64,000 nucleotides of DNA from Candidatus Pseudoscillospira falkowii (GTDB lineage Bacteria; Bacillota; Clostridia; Oscillospirales; Oscillospiraceae). The position numbers were made by a program, and so were the translations under genes. The number at the start of each line of letters is the position of its first letter. Position 1 is the first letter of the stretch. Location: NCBI GenBank assembly GCA_904374485.1, contig CAJFFX010000001.1, positions 7,333 through 71,332 on the forward strand. The letters run 5' to 3'. Of the stretch, positions 50,469-59,730 are shown piece after piece. The notes beneath the pieces are model-generated. The model made no database searches and was not told the origin of the DNA. It was given only the letters and a program-made list of their open reading frames with translations.

Positions 50469-51383
50469 ATGACGACAGAAGAAAAGAAAGCGGAGCGCTG
50501 CCGCGCGGTCCTCTATCTGCTGCCGGATGGACTGCAGGAAGCGGCCGCCCGGCTCTCAGCGGAAGAGCAGGCCGCAGCGGAGGAATTCCGGCTGCGCATC
50601 GGGCGGCCCCTGTCCCTTCTGGAGGCGGAGGGGGAACGGGAATTGCCGACCCGGCCCGTTACCCAGCAGGACCTGAAAACGGTCCTGGACCGGGCCACGG
50701 AGTTTTCCGTTTACCGCTGTGCCGACAGCATCCGCGCCGGTTATGTTACCGTGGAGGGCGGCTGCCGCATCGGTCTGTGCGGCACGGCGATCCAGCGCCG
50801 CGGCGAGATCCTGACGATCCGGGAACTCTCCTCGCTGGCGATCCGCATCGCCAGGGCCGTTCCCGGCGCCGCCGGGACGCTCTATCCTCAGCTTTGGGAG
50901 GACGGAGTTTTTTGCAGCACGCTGATCATTGCGCCGCCCGGCGGCGGAAAGACCACCATGCTCCGGGATCTGATCCGCTGCCTTTCCAATGGAAGTGCGG
51001 AGCATCCGGCCCTGCGCCTGGCAGTGGTGGACGAGCGGGGCGAAGTCGGCGCGGTATGCCGCGGCACCGCCCAGTTCGATCTCGGGCGGCACACCGATAT
51101 CCTGACAGGCACCGCAAAGACCGACGGTATTTTCATGCTCCTGCGCACCATGAATCCCCAAGTCATCGCCGTGGATGAGATCACCGATTCGGCGGATATC
51201 CGCGCCATGTCGCTGGCGGCCAACTGCGGCGTTTCCTTTCTGGCCACCGTTCACGGCCGGGATCTATCGGAGCTCCGGCGGCGCAGCATCTGCCGGGAAC
51301 TGCTGGCGGCACAGCTCTTTACCCGCGCGGCTGTTCTGGAAACCTGCCGCGGACAGCGGAGGTGCCGGCTGGAGCGATGTTGA
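50469..51383 (+). CDS. spoIIIAA: stage III sporulation protein AA (ATPase)
   Basis: EEFRLRIGRP, GYVTVEGGCRIG, APPGGGKTTMLRD, VDERGE, RTMNPQVIAVDEI, ATVHG. Confidence 0.95.
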   Translation: MTTEEKKAERCRAVLYLLPDGLQEAAARLSAEEQAAAEEFRLRIGRPLSLLEAEGERELPTRPVTQQDLKTVLDRATEFSVYRCADSIRAGYVTVEGGCRIGLCGTAIQRRGEILTIRELSSLAIRIARAVPGAAGTLYPQLWEDGVFCSTLIIAPPGGGKTTMLRDLIRCLSNGSAEHPALRLAVVDERGEVGAVCRGTAQFDLGRHTDILTGTAKTDGIFMLLRTMNPQVIAVDEITDSADIRAMSLAANCGVSFLATVHGRDLSELRRRSICRELLAAQLFTRAAVLETCRGQRRCRLERC

Positions 51384-51880
51384 AGCTGACAGGCGCTGCG
51401 CTGATCCTGCTCGCGCCGCTCTTCTGCGCCGCGGCGGTCTATCTCCGCCAGCGCCGCACGGACCGGACGCTGGCGGCCTTTCTCGAACTGCTCTCCTTCA
51501 GCGCCGGAGAGATCTCATCAGAACTACTGACGCTGCCGGAGCTGGCGCGGCGCCTGGAGGAAGAGGGCGCGGCGGAACTGCGGCCTTTCTGGCAGAAGCT
51601 CCGTGCAGAACTCGCCCAAAAGCGCCGGCCCTTTGAGGAGATCTGGAATAGCGCGCTGCGCGGGGAATGCCTTTCCCCCGCCGCCGTGCAGATCCTTGAA
51701 AAATACCCCGGCGCCGTCCGTTCCTACGATACAGAGCAGATCCGCCGGGATCTCCGGCAACTGCAGCAGGCGCTGGAAGAAGAGCGAAACGCCCTGCGCC
51801 GTTCGTTCCGCCGGGATTTCAAGATCCGAACGGGCCTACAGCTTTCGGCGGCATTTCTTTTGATGATTCTGTTGTTTTGA
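51377..51880 (+). CDS. spoIIIAB: stage III sporulation protein AB
   Basis: MLKLTGAALI N-terminal TM and C-terminal TM; size and operon position. Confidence 0.8.
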   Translation: MLKLTGAALILLAPLFCAAAVYLRQRRTDRTLAAFLELLSFSAGEISSELLTLPELARRLEEEGAAELRPFWQKLRAELAQKRRPFEEIWNSALRGECLSPAAVQILEKYPGAVRSYDTEQIRRDLRQLQQALEEERNALRRSFRRDFKIRTGLQLSAAFLLMILLF

Positions 51881-51889
51881 GGGAGAAGC

Positions 51890-52084
51890 ATGGAAATTGA
51901 TCTGATTTTCAAAATCGCGGCCATCGGCATCATCGTGGCGGTACTCAACCAGCTGCTGGTGCGCTCCGGCAGGGAGGAGCAGGCGCTGATGGTCACGCTG
52001 GCGGGCTTGGTCATCGTGATGATGGTGATGATCCAGCAGATCAGCGACCTGTTTTCGCTGACCAAGAATTTGTTTGATTTTTGA
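51890..52084 (+). CDS. spoIIIAC: stage III sporulation protein AC
   Basis: MEIDLIFKIAAIGIIVAVLNQLL..SGREEQA. Confidence 0.96.
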   Translation: MEIDLIFKIAAIGIIVAVLNQLLVRSGREEQALMVTLAGLVIVMMVMIQQISDLFSLTKNLFDF

Positions 52085-52087
52085 AAG

Positions 52088-52474
52088 ATGGAACTGCTGA
52101 TCAAACTCTTCGCGCTGTGCATCGTCGGCGCTGTGTTGGCGATGCTGCTGCGGGAGCAAAAGCAGGTCCTGGCCTATTTCGTGGTCCTGGGCCTGGTGCT
52201 GGCGGCGCTGCCGCCCCTGCTGGGCAGCGCCGCGGAGATCCTTTCCTTTTTCCGGGTGCTGATGGAGCTGTCGGCCCTGCCGGGCGAGGTGTTCCAGCCC
52301 ATGCTGAAAACGGTCGCCATCGCCCTGGTGACCAGGATCGGCACGAGCTTGTGCAAAGATGCGGAATCCGATACGGCGGCCGCCCTTCTGGAGATCGGCG
52401 GGACATGCTGTGCATTCCTGGCGGCGCTGCCGCTGATGGAGATGGTGCTTGAAATGTTGGAGCAGATGCTATGA
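52088..52474 (+). CDS. spoIIIAD: stage III sporulation protein AD
   Basis: LKTVAIA...LCKDAESDTAA motif; operon position. Confidence 0.9.
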   Translation: MELLIKLFALCIVGAVLAMLLREQKQVLAYFVVLGLVLAALPPLLGSAAEILSFFRVLMELSALPGEVFQPMLKTVAIALVTRIGTSLCKDAESDTAAALLEIGGTCCAFLAALPLMEMVLEMLEQML

Positions 52475-53628
52475 AACCATGGAGAACCACGCGCCGTGGC
52501 CGGCGCTTTCTGCCGGCGCTCATCCTCTTTTTGACCCTCTTTCTCGTTCTGACGCCCGCGGCATACGGTGCCCAGGACCCGGCGGGGGAGGAAAGCGAAA
52601 CAGACGCCTCCCTCGGTCAGCTGTCCCAGGCGCTGCCCGCGGAGACCCGCCAGCTGCTGGAGCCGGCCCTGGCAGAGTCGGGCGAAGGGGGCTGGAAAAG
52701 CAGCGCCGCCGCCATTGCTGAGGCGGGCTTCAATCAGGTCCGGGACATGCTGCGCGGCGTTCTGGCCAGCGGCGCGGCGCTTTTGGTGATCGTTTTCCTT
52801 TGCGACGGCGCGCAGATGCTCTATTTCCAGGAAAAGGACAGCCGGCTGCTGCGGTGTACCGCCATGACGGGCGCTTTGGCCATCGTTCTGCTCTCTGCCG
52901 GGGATCTCAACAATATGATCGGCCTGGGCGTTGAAACGATCCAGACCATGAACGATTTTTCCAAAACGCTTCTGCCGCTGCTGGGGGCGGCCTGCGCGGC
53001 GTCCGGCGGCATCAGCTCCGGCGCGGTGCGGGAGGTGGCGACCACATTTTTCGCCGACATCCTGATCACCTGCATCAACCAGCTTCTGATCCCGCTGGTC
53101 TACATCTACATCGGGGCCATCACCGCCAACGCCGTGCTGCAGCAGCAAAGTCTGCAGAGCATCGCCAAAGGGATCCGAAAGTTCATCGTATGGGGCCTCA
53201 CGATCCTGCTGAGCGCGTTCACCGCCTACCTGACCCTCAGCAGCGTGATTTCCGGCACGGCGGACGCAGCGGCGCTGCGCGTGGCCAAATTCGCCATCTC
53301 CGGCGCGGTGCCGGTGGTGGGCGGCATTTTGTCCAACGCGGCCTCCACGATCCTGGTGGGGGCGTCGATCCTGAAAAACACCATCGGCATTTTTGGGACG
53401 CTGGCCGTCTTTGCGCTGTGTATCACGCCGTTTATTCAGATCGGCATCCAGTATTTGCTCTACAAAGCCGCCGCATTTTTTGCGGAAATGATCGATCAGA
53501 CCGGCCTGGCCCGGCTGATGGATGAGATCGGAGGTGCGTTTGGAATGATCCTCGGTATGACGGGCGCCTGTGCGCTGCTGCTGATCATTTCCCTGATCAT
53601 GTCCATATCCGCGGTGGTGCCGGTATGA
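52471..53628 (+). CDS. spoIIIAE: stage III sporulation protein AE
   Basis: Polytopic membrane protein; AKFAISGAVPVVGGILS...LKNTIGIFG. Confidence 0.92.
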   Translation: MKPWRTTRRGRRFLPALILFLTLFLVLTPAAYGAQDPAGEESETDASLGQLSQALPAETRQLLEPALAESGEGGWKSSAAAIAEAGFNQVRDMLRGVLASGAALLVIVFLCDGAQMLYFQEKDSRLLRCTAMTGALAIVLLSAGDLNNMIGLGVETIQTMNDFSKTLLPLLGAACAASGGISSGAVREVATTFFADILITCINQLLIPLVYIYIGAITANAVLQQQSLQSIAKGIRKFIVWGLTILLSAFTAYLTLSSVISGTADAAALRVAKFAISGAVPVVGGILSNAASTILVGASILKNTIGIFGTLAVFALCITPFIQIGIQYLLYKAAAFFAEMIDQTGLARLMDEIGGAFGMILGMTGACALLLIISLIMSISAVVPV

Positions 53629-54104
53629 GCTTTTTGACGAAATGGCTTTTGAGCGTGATCGCGACGGCCTTTCTTGTTTCCGTCTGCGAGGCGCTGATAC
53701 CGGATAAAAAAGTGCGCGAGGTGGGACGGTGGATCGGCGGCCTTCTCATGCTCCTGGCTCTGCTCAGCCCGCTGCTGCAGCTGCGGAGCGAGCGCTGGAC
53801 GCTGTCCATCGACCGCTACTTTTCCCAGACGGAGGAAAAAGAGGCCGCCTACCGGGAAGTCCAGCAGGATTCCTATCAGGCGGTCATAACGGAAAACTGC
53901 GCGGCATATATTGAAACTGCGGCAGAGGAGCAGGGCTTGTCCCTGCAGGTCCGGGCGAACGTCGGCCTGTCCGAAGACGGCGTCTACCAGATCGAAGCGC
54001 TCTACCTGAGCGGCCCTTACGACGCGGAATTTTCCGGGTGGCTCACCAGGGAGCTCGGTGTGGCGGCGCAGGATCAGATCTGGGATACAAAAGAAATGGG
54101 GTGA
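53625..54104 (+). CDS. spoIIIAF: stage III sporulation protein AF
   Basis: Two N-terminal TMs (EALIPDKK...GLLMLLALLSPL); operon position. Confidence 0.8.
   Translation: MSFLTKWLLSVIATAFLVSVCEALIPDKKVREVGRWIGGLLMLLALLSPLLQLRSERWTLSIDRYFSQTEEKEAAYREVQQDSYQAVITENCAAYIETAAEEQGLSLQVRANVGLSEDGVYQIEALYLSGPYDAEFSGWLTRELGVAAQDQIWDTKEMG
53884..53912 (+). promoter_or_regulatory. internal sigma-E promoter (P2) within spoIIIAF driving spoIIIAG-AH
   Basis: TCATAAC (53884-53890), 14 bp, CATATATT (53905-53912), close to sigma-E consensus. Confidence 0.7.
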
Positions 54105-54655
54105 GGAAGATCAAGGCGTTGCAGGGCAAAGCGGCGGAAAATCTCTTCCGCCTGGCGGGAAAATATAAATTCGTATTGCTGATGGTCGCTGTGGGTGTGC
54201 TGCTGATGATGCTCCCGTCTGTCGGCGGAGAGAAAGGGCAGGAGGCGGTCTCGCCGACGACGGCCGCCGGCGCGCAGGGCTACTCCCTGGAGCGCACACA
54301 AGAAGAAATGGAGCGCATCGTTTCCTCTATCGACGGTGTGGGACGGGCCGAAATCATGCTGACGGTATCCTCCGGCGGCCGCATCGTCTACCAGGACGAC
54401 CAGGAAATCTCCTATACCGGCAGCGCCGGCGTGCCGGAGGATTACACCTCCCGCACACAGACGGTTTTGACCGGCAGCGGCAGCGGAGAAACAGCCCTTC
54501 CAACCCAGGAGCTTTATCCGGAATACATCGGCGCCGTGGTCGTCTGTGACGGCGGCGGCCGGGCGGGAACGGTTTTGAAAGTGAAAGAAGCGGTCTCGGT
54601 GCTGACCGGCCTCAGCACCGACCGCATCTCGGTTGTAAAACGCAGTGAATCTTAA
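54101..54655 (+). CDS. spoIIIAG: stage III sporulation protein AG
   Basis: TM helix, SSIDGVGRAEIMLT, PEYIGAVVVCDGG, VSVLTGLSTDRISV; GTG start overlapping the AF stop. Confidence 0.92.
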   Translation: MRKIKALQGKAAENLFRLAGKYKFVLLMVAVGVLLMMLPSVGGEKGQEAVSPTTAAGAQGYSLERTQEEMERIVSSIDGVGRAEIMLTVSSGGRIVYQDDQEISYTGSAGVPEDYTSRTQTVLTGSGSGETALPTQELYPEYIGAVVVCDGGGRAGTVLKVKEAVSVLTGLSTDRISVVKRSES

Positions 54656-54673
54656 ATAATGAGGTGAAGGACT

Positions 54674-55228
54674 ATGAATAAAAGAATGAAGCGGAACCTG
54701 ATGATCCTGACCGTGGCCCTCTTTGTCAGCGCGGCAGCCTATCTGAACTGGAACTATGCCCAAAGCGCCGCCAACACAGGTAAGATCCTGGGCGAGTCGG
54801 CCCTGGTGAACGGCGGCGGATCGTCTCTGGAGGAGGACGACGACGGCCAGGAGGTCTTTTCCGCCGGCGGAAGCGACGATTATTTCGATACAGCCCGCCT
54901 CAACCGCCAGGAATCCCGGGACAATGCGGTCAGCCTGCTCCAGGAGGCCGCCGGCGATAAAAACGCCGACCAGGAGACCAGAAACGACGCCAACGCCCAG
55001 ATGCAGCAGATCGCCGACAATACGGTGACGGAGTCGACCATTGAGAATCTAGTCATGGCCAAGGGCTATGAAGACTGCGTCGCCTTTGTCAACGAGGACA
55101 GCGTGAGCGTTGTGATTTCCAAAACGGACAGCGGCCTTGAAAATTCGGACATCGCCAAAGTGACGGACATCGTCATGGAGGAGACGGGTCTCACTGCCGA
55201 CAAGATCAAGATCATGGAGGCAAATTAA
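54674..55228 (+). CDS. spoIIIAH: stage III sporulation protein AH
   Basis: AAYLNW TM, YFDTARLNRQESR, IENLVMAKGYEDCVA. Confidence 0.92.
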   Translation: MNKRMKRNLMILTVALFVSAAAYLNWNYAQSAANTGKILGESALVNGGGSSLEEDDDGQEVFSAGGSDDYFDTARLNRQESRDNAVSLLQEAAGDKNADQETRNDANAQMQQIADNTVTESTIENLVMAKGYEDCVAFVNEDSVSVVISKTDSGLENSDIAKVTDIVMEETGLTADKIKIMEAN

Positions 55229-55231
55229 GGA

Positions 55232-55260
55232 TTGTTTTTTGCCCGCGATGATGATACAAT
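55232..55260 (+). promoter_or_regulatory. sigma-A promoter for the asp23-like/nusB/xseAB/ispA operon
   Basis: TTGTTT (55232-55237), 17 bp, TG-a-TACAAT (TACAAT 55255-55260). Confidence 0.55.
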
Positions 55261-55294
55261 ATATCATAATGCTGAAAAAGGAGTGTACACGACC

Positions 55295-55672
55295 GTGGGC
55301 GATACCAAGAAAGAGTACGTTGTCAGCCCGGAAGAGAAGGGCAGTATCAATATATCCGAGGATGTCGTTGCCGCGATTGCGGTGTCCGCCGCGCTGGAAG
55401 TGGACGGCGTCTGTGAACTGGCGCAGAATTCCTCCGGCTACCGCAGCAAAAAGAACGCCATCAAGGGCGTGAAGCTGACCATCGGCGACGGCAGTGTGAT
55501 CGTCGATCTGCAGATCCTGGTGAAATACGGCCAGCCGATCCCGCAGGTCGCCCAGAATGTGCAGGAAGCGGTTGCCAACGCCATCGAATCCATGACGGAG
55601 CTGAAGGTCTGCCAGGTCAATGTCCGCATCAACGGCGTGACCTTTGCTGAAAACGCGGCTTCCGGCCAGTAA
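55295..55672 (+). CDS. Asp23/Gls24-family protein (YqhY-like)
   Basis: GSINISEDVVAAIA..AALEVDGV, KGVKL, VQEAVANAIESMT; GTG start with AAGGAG RBS. Confidence 0.9.
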   Translation: MGDTKKEYVVSPEEKGSINISEDVVAAIAVSAALEVDGVCELAQNSSGYRSKKNAIKGVKLTIGDGSVIVDLQILVKYGQPIPQVAQNVQEAVANAIESMTELKVCQVNVRINGVTFAENAASGQ

Positions 55673-55755
55673 GGGAACCATCAGCGGCGCGGCGGAGAGT
55701 TTCCTCCGCCGCGTTTCCATCGCGGAAAGAAACAAAAGATAAGGATGGATCAACT

Positions 55756-56205
55756 ATGAATCGTTCCACTGCAAGAGAGATCGCCGTTCGCTTGTCCTAC
55801 GAGCTCAGCTTTACCGACCTGAACGCGGAGGCGCTGCTGGACCAGACATTGACAGAGGAGTATTTCCAGGGCCTGGCCCAGGAAGACCCGCTGTATGCCG
55901 AGGTTCCGGAGGAAAAACAGACCCAGTATATCCGCAGGCTGGTGTGCGGCGTGGCGGAGCATGCGGCAGAACTGGATTCCTATATCGAAAAATACGCTGT
56001 CGGCTGGAAGTTTGAACGCATCCCGCTGGTGGCGTCTGCGATCATGCGCGTTGCCATGTACGAGGCGCTCTATATGCCTGACATCCCCAACGCCGTCGCC
56101 ATCAACGAAGCTGTGGAGATCGCAAAGAAGTATGAGGACGAGAAGGTCGTTTCCTTTATGAACGGCATCCTCGGCAGCTTCGTGCGGCAGGAATGCGGAG
56201 TGTGA
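55756..56205 (+). CDS. nusB: transcription antitermination factor NusB
   Basis: MNRSTARE, WKFERI, VAINEAVEIAKKY, FMNGILG. Confidence 0.95.
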   Translation: MNRSTAREIAVRLSYELSFTDLNAEALLDQTLTEEYFQGLAQEDPLYAEVPEEKQTQYIRRLVCGVAEHAAELDSYIEKYAVGWKFERIPLVASAIMRVAMYEALYMPDIPNAVAINEAVEIAKKYEDEKVVSFMNGILGSFVRQECGV

Positions 56206-56209
56206 CCCT

Positions 56210-57154
56210 ATGGCACTCTGCGTTGGATTTGATACCAGCAATTATACGACTTCCATCGCCTGGTGCGATGGGGAAGAGGGGCGGAACGAAAGCCGGATCT
56301 TGGATGTGCCGCAGGGCGCGCTGGGTCTCCGGCAAAGCGACGCCCTTTTTTCGCATGTGCGGCGCCTGCCGGAGATCATGGAGCGGCTTCTGGCCGGAAG
56401 GCAGGACCTGAAAGGGGCCGCTGTTGTCGCCGCCAGCAGTCGCCCGCGGGAGGCTGTGGATTCCTACATGCCCTGTTTTCTTGCCGGAGTCTGTGAAGCA
56501 AAAACCCTTGCTAGCGCTTTGGGCACAGCATATCTGGAGTTTTCTCACCAGCAGGGCCATTTGGCGGCCGCTGCTTGGGGCTGCGGCGCGGAGAAGCTGC
56601 TGGACAAGCCATTCCTCGCCTGGCATCTCTCCGGCGGCACCACGGAACTGCTGCATGTCGTTCCCGCCGGCGCAGCAGTACATGCTGAAAAGATCGGCGG
56701 CACCACCGATATCTCCGCCGGGCAGCTGCTGGACCGGACCGGCGTTCTGCTGCAACTGCCGTTCCCGGCGGGAAAACATGTGGACGCCCTCTCCCAGCGC
56801 GCCGCCGGGCGGATCAAGCCCTTCCGCGTCAAGCTCTCCGGCCTGTCCTTTTCTCTTTCCGGGATGGAAAACAAGGTGCGCGCACTGCACGAGAGCGGAG
56901 AGGACAGCGCGGAGGTCGCGCGCTTTGCCGTGGAGACGGTAGCAGATACGGTTTTTCGCGCAACTGCGGCGGCGCAGAAGGAATATCCTGGGCTTCCGGT
57001 CCTGTGCTCCGGCGGCGTCGCCTCCAATTCCATACTGCGACGGACGATGAAGGACGCTTATTTTGCGCCGCCGGAGTATTCCCGGGACAATGCGATGGGC
57101 ATCGCCATTCTGGCACGGCGTGCTCTGGAAAGGGGCGAGGCCCATGGAAAATGA
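56210..57154 (+). CDS. divergent TsaD/Kae1-like (peptidase M22, ASKHA fold) protein
   Basis: GFDTSNYTTS, SHQQGH, LSGGTTEL, DISAGQLLDR, SGGVASN, SRDNAMGIA. Confidence 0.8.
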   Translation: MALCVGFDTSNYTTSIAWCDGEEGRNESRILDVPQGALGLRQSDALFSHVRRLPEIMERLLAGRQDLKGAAVVAASSRPREAVDSYMPCFLAGVCEAKTLASALGTAYLEFSHQQGHLAAAAWGCGAEKLLDKPFLAWHLSGGTTELLHVVPAGAAVHAEKIGGTTDISAGQLLDRTGVLLQLPFPAGKHVDALSQRAAGRIKPFRVKLSGLSFSLSGMENKVRALHESGEDSAEVARFAVETVADTVFRATAAAQKEYPGLPVLCSGGVASNSILRRTMKDAYFAPPEYSRDNAMGIAILARRALERGEAHGK

Positions 57155-58391
57155 ACAGGAGAGCCGGATCTTCAGCGTATCGGAGATCAACCAGATCCTC
57201 AAGAACCTGCTGGACGGAACGCCCTTCTTCCGCCGTGTCTATGTGCGCGGCGAGCTGTCCAATTATAAAATTTATCCATCAGGGCATCATTATTTTACCC
57301 TGAAGGACCCGGAGGGCGTGCTGCGGTGCGTTATGTTCCGCTCCAATGCCTCCAGGCTGCGCTTTCGCCCGGAAAACGGCATGAAGGTCATCCTCAGCGG
57401 ACAGATCACCGTATTCCCCCGGGATGGGCAGTATCAGTTGTACTGTGCTTCCATCACGCCGGAGGGTATCGGCGATCTGCATGTCGCCTACGCCCAGCTG
57501 AAGGAAAAGCTCTATCAGGAAGGCCTGTTCGACAACGCCCATAAGCAGCCTCTGCCGGCCTATCCCGAGCGCATCGCCCTCATCACCTCCGGCTCCGGCG
57601 CCGCAGTCCACGACATGATCCGTATTCTGCGCAAGCGCTACCCGATCTGCAAGGTGATCGTGCTGCCGGTCCGGGTCCAGGGGAAGGAAGCCCCGCCGGA
57701 GATCGTGGGCGCCATCCGCTACGCCAACCGCTGGCGCGTGGCAGATCTGCTCATCGTCGGCCGCGGCGGCGGCTCCATGGAGGACCTGTGGGCCTTCAAC
57801 GACGAGCGGGTGGCCCGGGCGATCTACGCTTCGGAGCTGCCGGTCATCTCCGCCGTGGGCCACGAGCCGGATGTCACGATCTCTGACTTTGTGGCGGACC
57901 TGCGGGCCGCCACGCCGTCCAACGCGGCGGAGTTGGCGGTGCCCGACCGCATGGAGCTGACGGAGCGGTTCGCCGCCCTGAAAAACCGCATGGCCCGCGC
58001 GGAGGTACAGCAGCTGCGCCGGCGGCGCGAAGCGCTGGCGGTCCTGGCGGAAAGCCGGGCCCTGCAGGACCCCATGGCGCCGATCCAGGACAAGCGCATG
58101 ACGCTGGACCTGATCCATCAGCGGTTGATCCGCCTGGCAAAGGAAACGGTGGCCGAGCGCAGGCAGACCTGCGCTGCCCTGGCGGCGTCGCTGGACGCCC
58201 TCAGCCCCCTCAAGGTGCTGGGCCGGGGCTATGCCGTGGCCCGGGACGAGGCCGGCAATATCCTGAAGGATGCACAGCAGGCGCAGCAGGGCGGACGGGT
58301 CCATGTGACGTTGGGCCGCGGCGCCCTCGCTTGTACTGTGGACGAGATACTGCAAGGAAAAGAGGATGTACAATGGCAGAGAAAAAAATGA
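57144..58391 (+). CDS. xseA: exodeoxyribonuclease VII large subunit
   Basis: GELSNYK..SGHHYFTLKD, GRGGGSMEDLWAFNDE, SAVGHEPD, ATPSNAAE, LSPLKVLGRGYA. Confidence 0.97.
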   Translation: MENEQESRIFSVSEINQILKNLLDGTPFFRRVYVRGELSNYKIYPSGHHYFTLKDPEGVLRCVMFRSNASRLRFRPENGMKVILSGQITVFPRDGQYQLYCASITPEGIGDLHVAYAQLKEKLYQEGLFDNAHKQPLPAYPERIALITSGSGAAVHDMIRILRKRYPICKVIVLPVRVQGKEAPPEIVGAIRYANRWRVADLLIVGRGGGSMEDLWAFNDERVARAIYASELPVISAVGHEPDVTISDFVADLRAATPSNAAELAVPDRMELTERFAALKNRMARAEVQQLRRRREALAVLAESRALQDPMAPIQDKRMTLDLIHQRLIRLAKETVAERRQTCAALAASLDALSPLKVLGRGYAVARDEAGNILKDAQQAQQGGRVHVTLGRGALACTVDEILQGKEDVQWQRKK

Positions 58392-58615
58392 GCTTTGAGC
58401 AGTCCGTGGACCGGCTGCAGGAGATCGTGGCAGCCCTGGAAAAGGGCGACGCGCCCCTGGCCGATTCCCTGAAACTATTTGAAGAGGGCACAAAGCTGGT
58501 CTCCTCCTGCACCGCCATGCTGGAACAGGCGGAGCAGAAGGTGGTCAAGCTCGTCAAAAGCGCAGACGAGACTCCCACAGAGGAGCCCTTTTTCTCCCAG
58601 GAAGAAGAGGAATGA
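58373..58615 (+). CDS. xseB: exodeoxyribonuclease VII small subunit
   Basis: SFEQSVDRLQEIVAALEKGDAPLADSLKLFEEG. Confidence 0.95.
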   Translation: MAEKKMSFEQSVDRLQEIVAALEKGDAPLADSLKLFEEGTKLVSSCTAMLEQAEQKVVKLVKSADETPTEEPFFSQEEEE

Positions 58616-58616
58616 T

Positions 58617-59489
58617 ATGACAGCTGCATTTCAGGCGCAAAGCGCCGCTTATCTGAAAGCGATCGAAGCCTATCTTGACGCACAGTTCCGGCGAAAGGCC
58701 CCCTGGGGCGTGCTGTATGAATCCATGCGCTACAGCCTGCTGGCCGGCGGCAAACGGATGCGCCCCATGCTTTCCCTGGCGTTCTGCGCGCTGCACGGCG
58801 GCCGCTGGGAGAATGCGCTGCCCCTCGGCTGCGCGGTAGAAATGGTGCATACCTATTCATTGATCCACGACGATCTGCCCTGCATGGACGACGACGATCT
58901 GCGCCGGGGCAAACCCACCAACCACAAAGTATACGGCGAGACCATGGCCGTGCTGGCCGGCGACGGCCTGCAGGCGGAGGCCTTCGGCCTGATCGCCGCT
59001 GCGCCGGCCCTCTCCGACCGGCAGAAGATCCGCGCCGTACAGGTCCTTTCTGACGCCTGCGGCGCGAATGGCATGGTGGCGGGCCAGGTGCTGGATATGG
59101 CGCGCCACGAAAGCCGGGAACAGCTTTTGCTGCTGCACAGCCTCAAGACCGGGGCCATGATCGCCGGCGCGGCGAAAATGGGCTGCATCGCCGCCGACGC
59201 GGACGAGCAGGCCGTGCAGTGCGCCGAGACCTATGCCCAGAAGCTCGGCCTGGCCTTCCAGGTCTATGACGACGTGCTGGACGTGGTGGGCAGCGAGGCG
59301 GAGCTGGGAAAACCCATCGGTTCGGACAGGGAAGAGGGGAAGTTCACCTTTGTGGACCTCCTGGGCGTGGACGGCGCGCTGGATTACGCCGCCCGGTGTA
59401 CTGCCGAGGCGAAAGACGCCCTGGCCGGCCAGGGCGACACCGCCTTCCTCCTGGAACTGGCGGACCAGCTGCTGCAGCGCAAAAATTAA
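58617..59489 (+). CDS. ispA: farnesyl/geranyl diphosphate synthase
   Basis: GGKRMRP, SLIHDDLPCMDDDDLRRGKPT, GQVLD, KTG, FQVYDDVLD. Confidence 0.96.
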   Translation: MTAAFQAQSAAYLKAIEAYLDAQFRRKAPWGVLYESMRYSLLAGGKRMRPMLSLAFCALHGGRWENALPLGCAVEMVHTYSLIHDDLPCMDDDDLRRGKPTNHKVYGETMAVLAGDGLQAEAFGLIAAAPALSDRQKIRAVQVLSDACGANGMVAGQVLDMARHESREQLLLLHSLKTGAMIAGAAKMGCIAADADEQAVQCAETYAQKLGLAFQVYDDVLDVVGSEAELGKPIGSDREEGKFTFVDLLGVDGALDYAARCTAEAKDALAGQGDTAFLLELADQLLQRKN

Positions 59490-59702
59490 AGGGGGACAGG
59501 AACCGCCGCGTATGCGCGGTTTTTCAAAAGAGACTGCATATACGGCGCGGCAGGTGCGGCAGCATCTGCCGCGCTGTTTTTGCGGCAATTTCTTCTGCCG
59601 CGGCGTTTTCGGGGCCGTGCCGATTTGCGCCGCCAATTGTGAACCGTTTGTAAAATATGGAAAAATATCCGCGGTTTTGGCGAGAAATGAGATGAATAAA
59701 CC

Positions 59703-59730
59703 TTGCATATTTTCAAAAATATGCTAAAAT
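59703..59730 (+). promoter_or_regulatory. sigma-A promoter immediately upstream of the large ncRNA
   Basis: TTGCAT (59703-59708), 16 bp, TG-c-TAAAAT (TAAAAT 59725-59730), AT-rich upstream; predicted start site falls at the 5' strand of the RNA closing stem. Confidence 0.75.
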
